Positions 63,195 through 64,000 of a stretch of 64,000 bases of DNA are shown in pieces. Each line of letters begins with the position of its first letter. Position 1 is the stretch's first letter. The notes beneath the pieces are model-generated. The model was not told the DNA's origin and did not search any database. It was given only the letters and a program-made list of their open reading frames with translations. A program made the translations under genes and the position numbers. Source of the stretch: an uncultured Alphaproteobacteria bacterium (lineage in GTDB: Bacteria; Pseudomonadota; Alphaproteobacteria; Rs-D84; CACZYB01); the NCBI GenBank assembly GCA_944390685.1, contig CALXQL010000005.1:1801-65800 (forward strand), in the 5' to 3' direction.

Positions 63195-63401
63195 CTCCTT
63201 TTAAATAAAATGTGATTTTAGTCATATAAATTATAAAAAGTCAATAAAAATATATAAAATAATATCTTGACATAAAAATGAAATAATGATATTTTAAAAG
63301 AGATTTCCCAAAAAATAAATAATAAAAAAGGGAAAATGGTAAATGGTGAGTTTCACTCTTTATCAATTTTTTTATTATAAATAACAAAGAAAGGAAAAAA
63401 T

Positions 63402-63869
63402 ATGTCCGTAAAAATAAGATTATCAAGAAAAGGTTCAAAAAAACGCCCTTTTTATCATATAGTTGTAGCAAATAGTCGCGCTCCACGTGATGGTGACTTT
63501 ATTGAAAAAGTTGGAACTTATAATCCAATGCTTCCAAGAGAAGATGCTAAAAGAGTAACTTTAGTAGGTGAAAGAATAAAACATTGGTTATCAATTGGTG
63601 CAGAACCAACCGATAAAGTTGCAAGATTTTTAAGCGATGCAGGTTTAACAGAAAAGAAATATGTAATAAACGATAAACAAACCAAAAAACCACTTCCAAA
63701 GGCAAAAGCTCAAGAAAGAATGAAAGCTTTGGAAGAAAAAAGAAAAGCTGAAGAAGAAGCAAAAAAACAAGCTGAAGCAGAAGCACAAGCTCAATTTGAA
63801 GCTGGTAATGAAACCGCTACTGAAGAAGCATCTGCTGCACCAGCAAGTGAAGAAACACCTGCTTCTTAA
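63402..63869 (+). CDS. rpsP: 30S ribosomal protein S16 with C-terminal extension
   Basis: [31 protein letters not shown]. Confidence 0.97.
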   Translation: MSVKIRLSRKGSKKRPFYHIVVANSRAPRDGDFIEKVGTYNPMLPREDAKRVTLVGERIKHWLSIGAEPTDKVARFLSDAGLTEKKYVINDKQTKKPLPKAKAQERMKALEEKRKAEEEAKKQAEAEAQAQFEAGNETATEEASAAPASEETPAS

Positions 63870-63895
63870 ATATAATACAATAGCAAAGGGTCAAA

Positions 63896-64000
63896 ATGAC
63901 TATATTGGATAAAGTCTTAATTGGAAAAATATATGATGCACACGGGATTCGTGGATTGGTAAAGATAAAAACTTTTATCCAAAATCCTAAATCTTTTTGT
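63896..64000 (+). CDS. rimM: Ribosome maturation factor RimM, N-terminal part (runs off the window end)
   Basis: MTILDKVLIGKIYDAHGIRGLVKIKTF; follows rpsP. Confidence 0.9.
   Translation, partial: MTILDKVLIGKIYDAHGIRGLVKIKTFIQNPKSFC

Noticed and set aside
63241-63486. 81-aa minus-strand hydrophobic ORF overlapping the rpsP start
   Set aside because: F/L/Y-rich translation of AT-rich promoter DNA, antisense to rpsP.

Overview
Compact, very AT-rich chromosomal window from an alphaproteobacterium. The assignment rests on a permuted two-piece tmRNA, gcrA, an RNase E with an acidic S1 insert, rodZ-hisS-prfA linkage and a bactofilin-M23 pair. It is mostly housekeeping genes (gltX, rpmH, rnpA, dusB, hisS, prfA, rplM-rpsI-rpsT, glyA, rpiB, tolQRA, dnaE, secA, eno, ssb, groESL, mtaB, rpoZ, lgt, lptC, kdsD, gpmI, priA, queA, amiC, rne, rpsP, rimM), plus one tRNA(CAU) and three glycosyltransferases. 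I found no mobile element, prophage or CRISPR array. Main candidates for novelty: (1) four tandem paralogous secreted Cys-rich proteins (2393-7653), each with a Gly-rich hydrophobic insert inside a shared C-terminal domain, lying directly behind a prepilin peptidase; (2) none of the 64 complete CDS uses TGA as stop (53 TAA, 11 TAG by my manual count) and none contains an in-frame TGA; (3) about nine small genes, eight of them orphans and mostly with their own promoter, ending in a similar basic C-terminal motif that could be an export signal; (4) an Lgt-PgeF fusion, a catalytically degenerate SuhB, an RnpA with an insertion, an atypical G|RSMLE pilin and a frameshifted small lipoprotein. All product calls come from motif recognition only; no searches were run.
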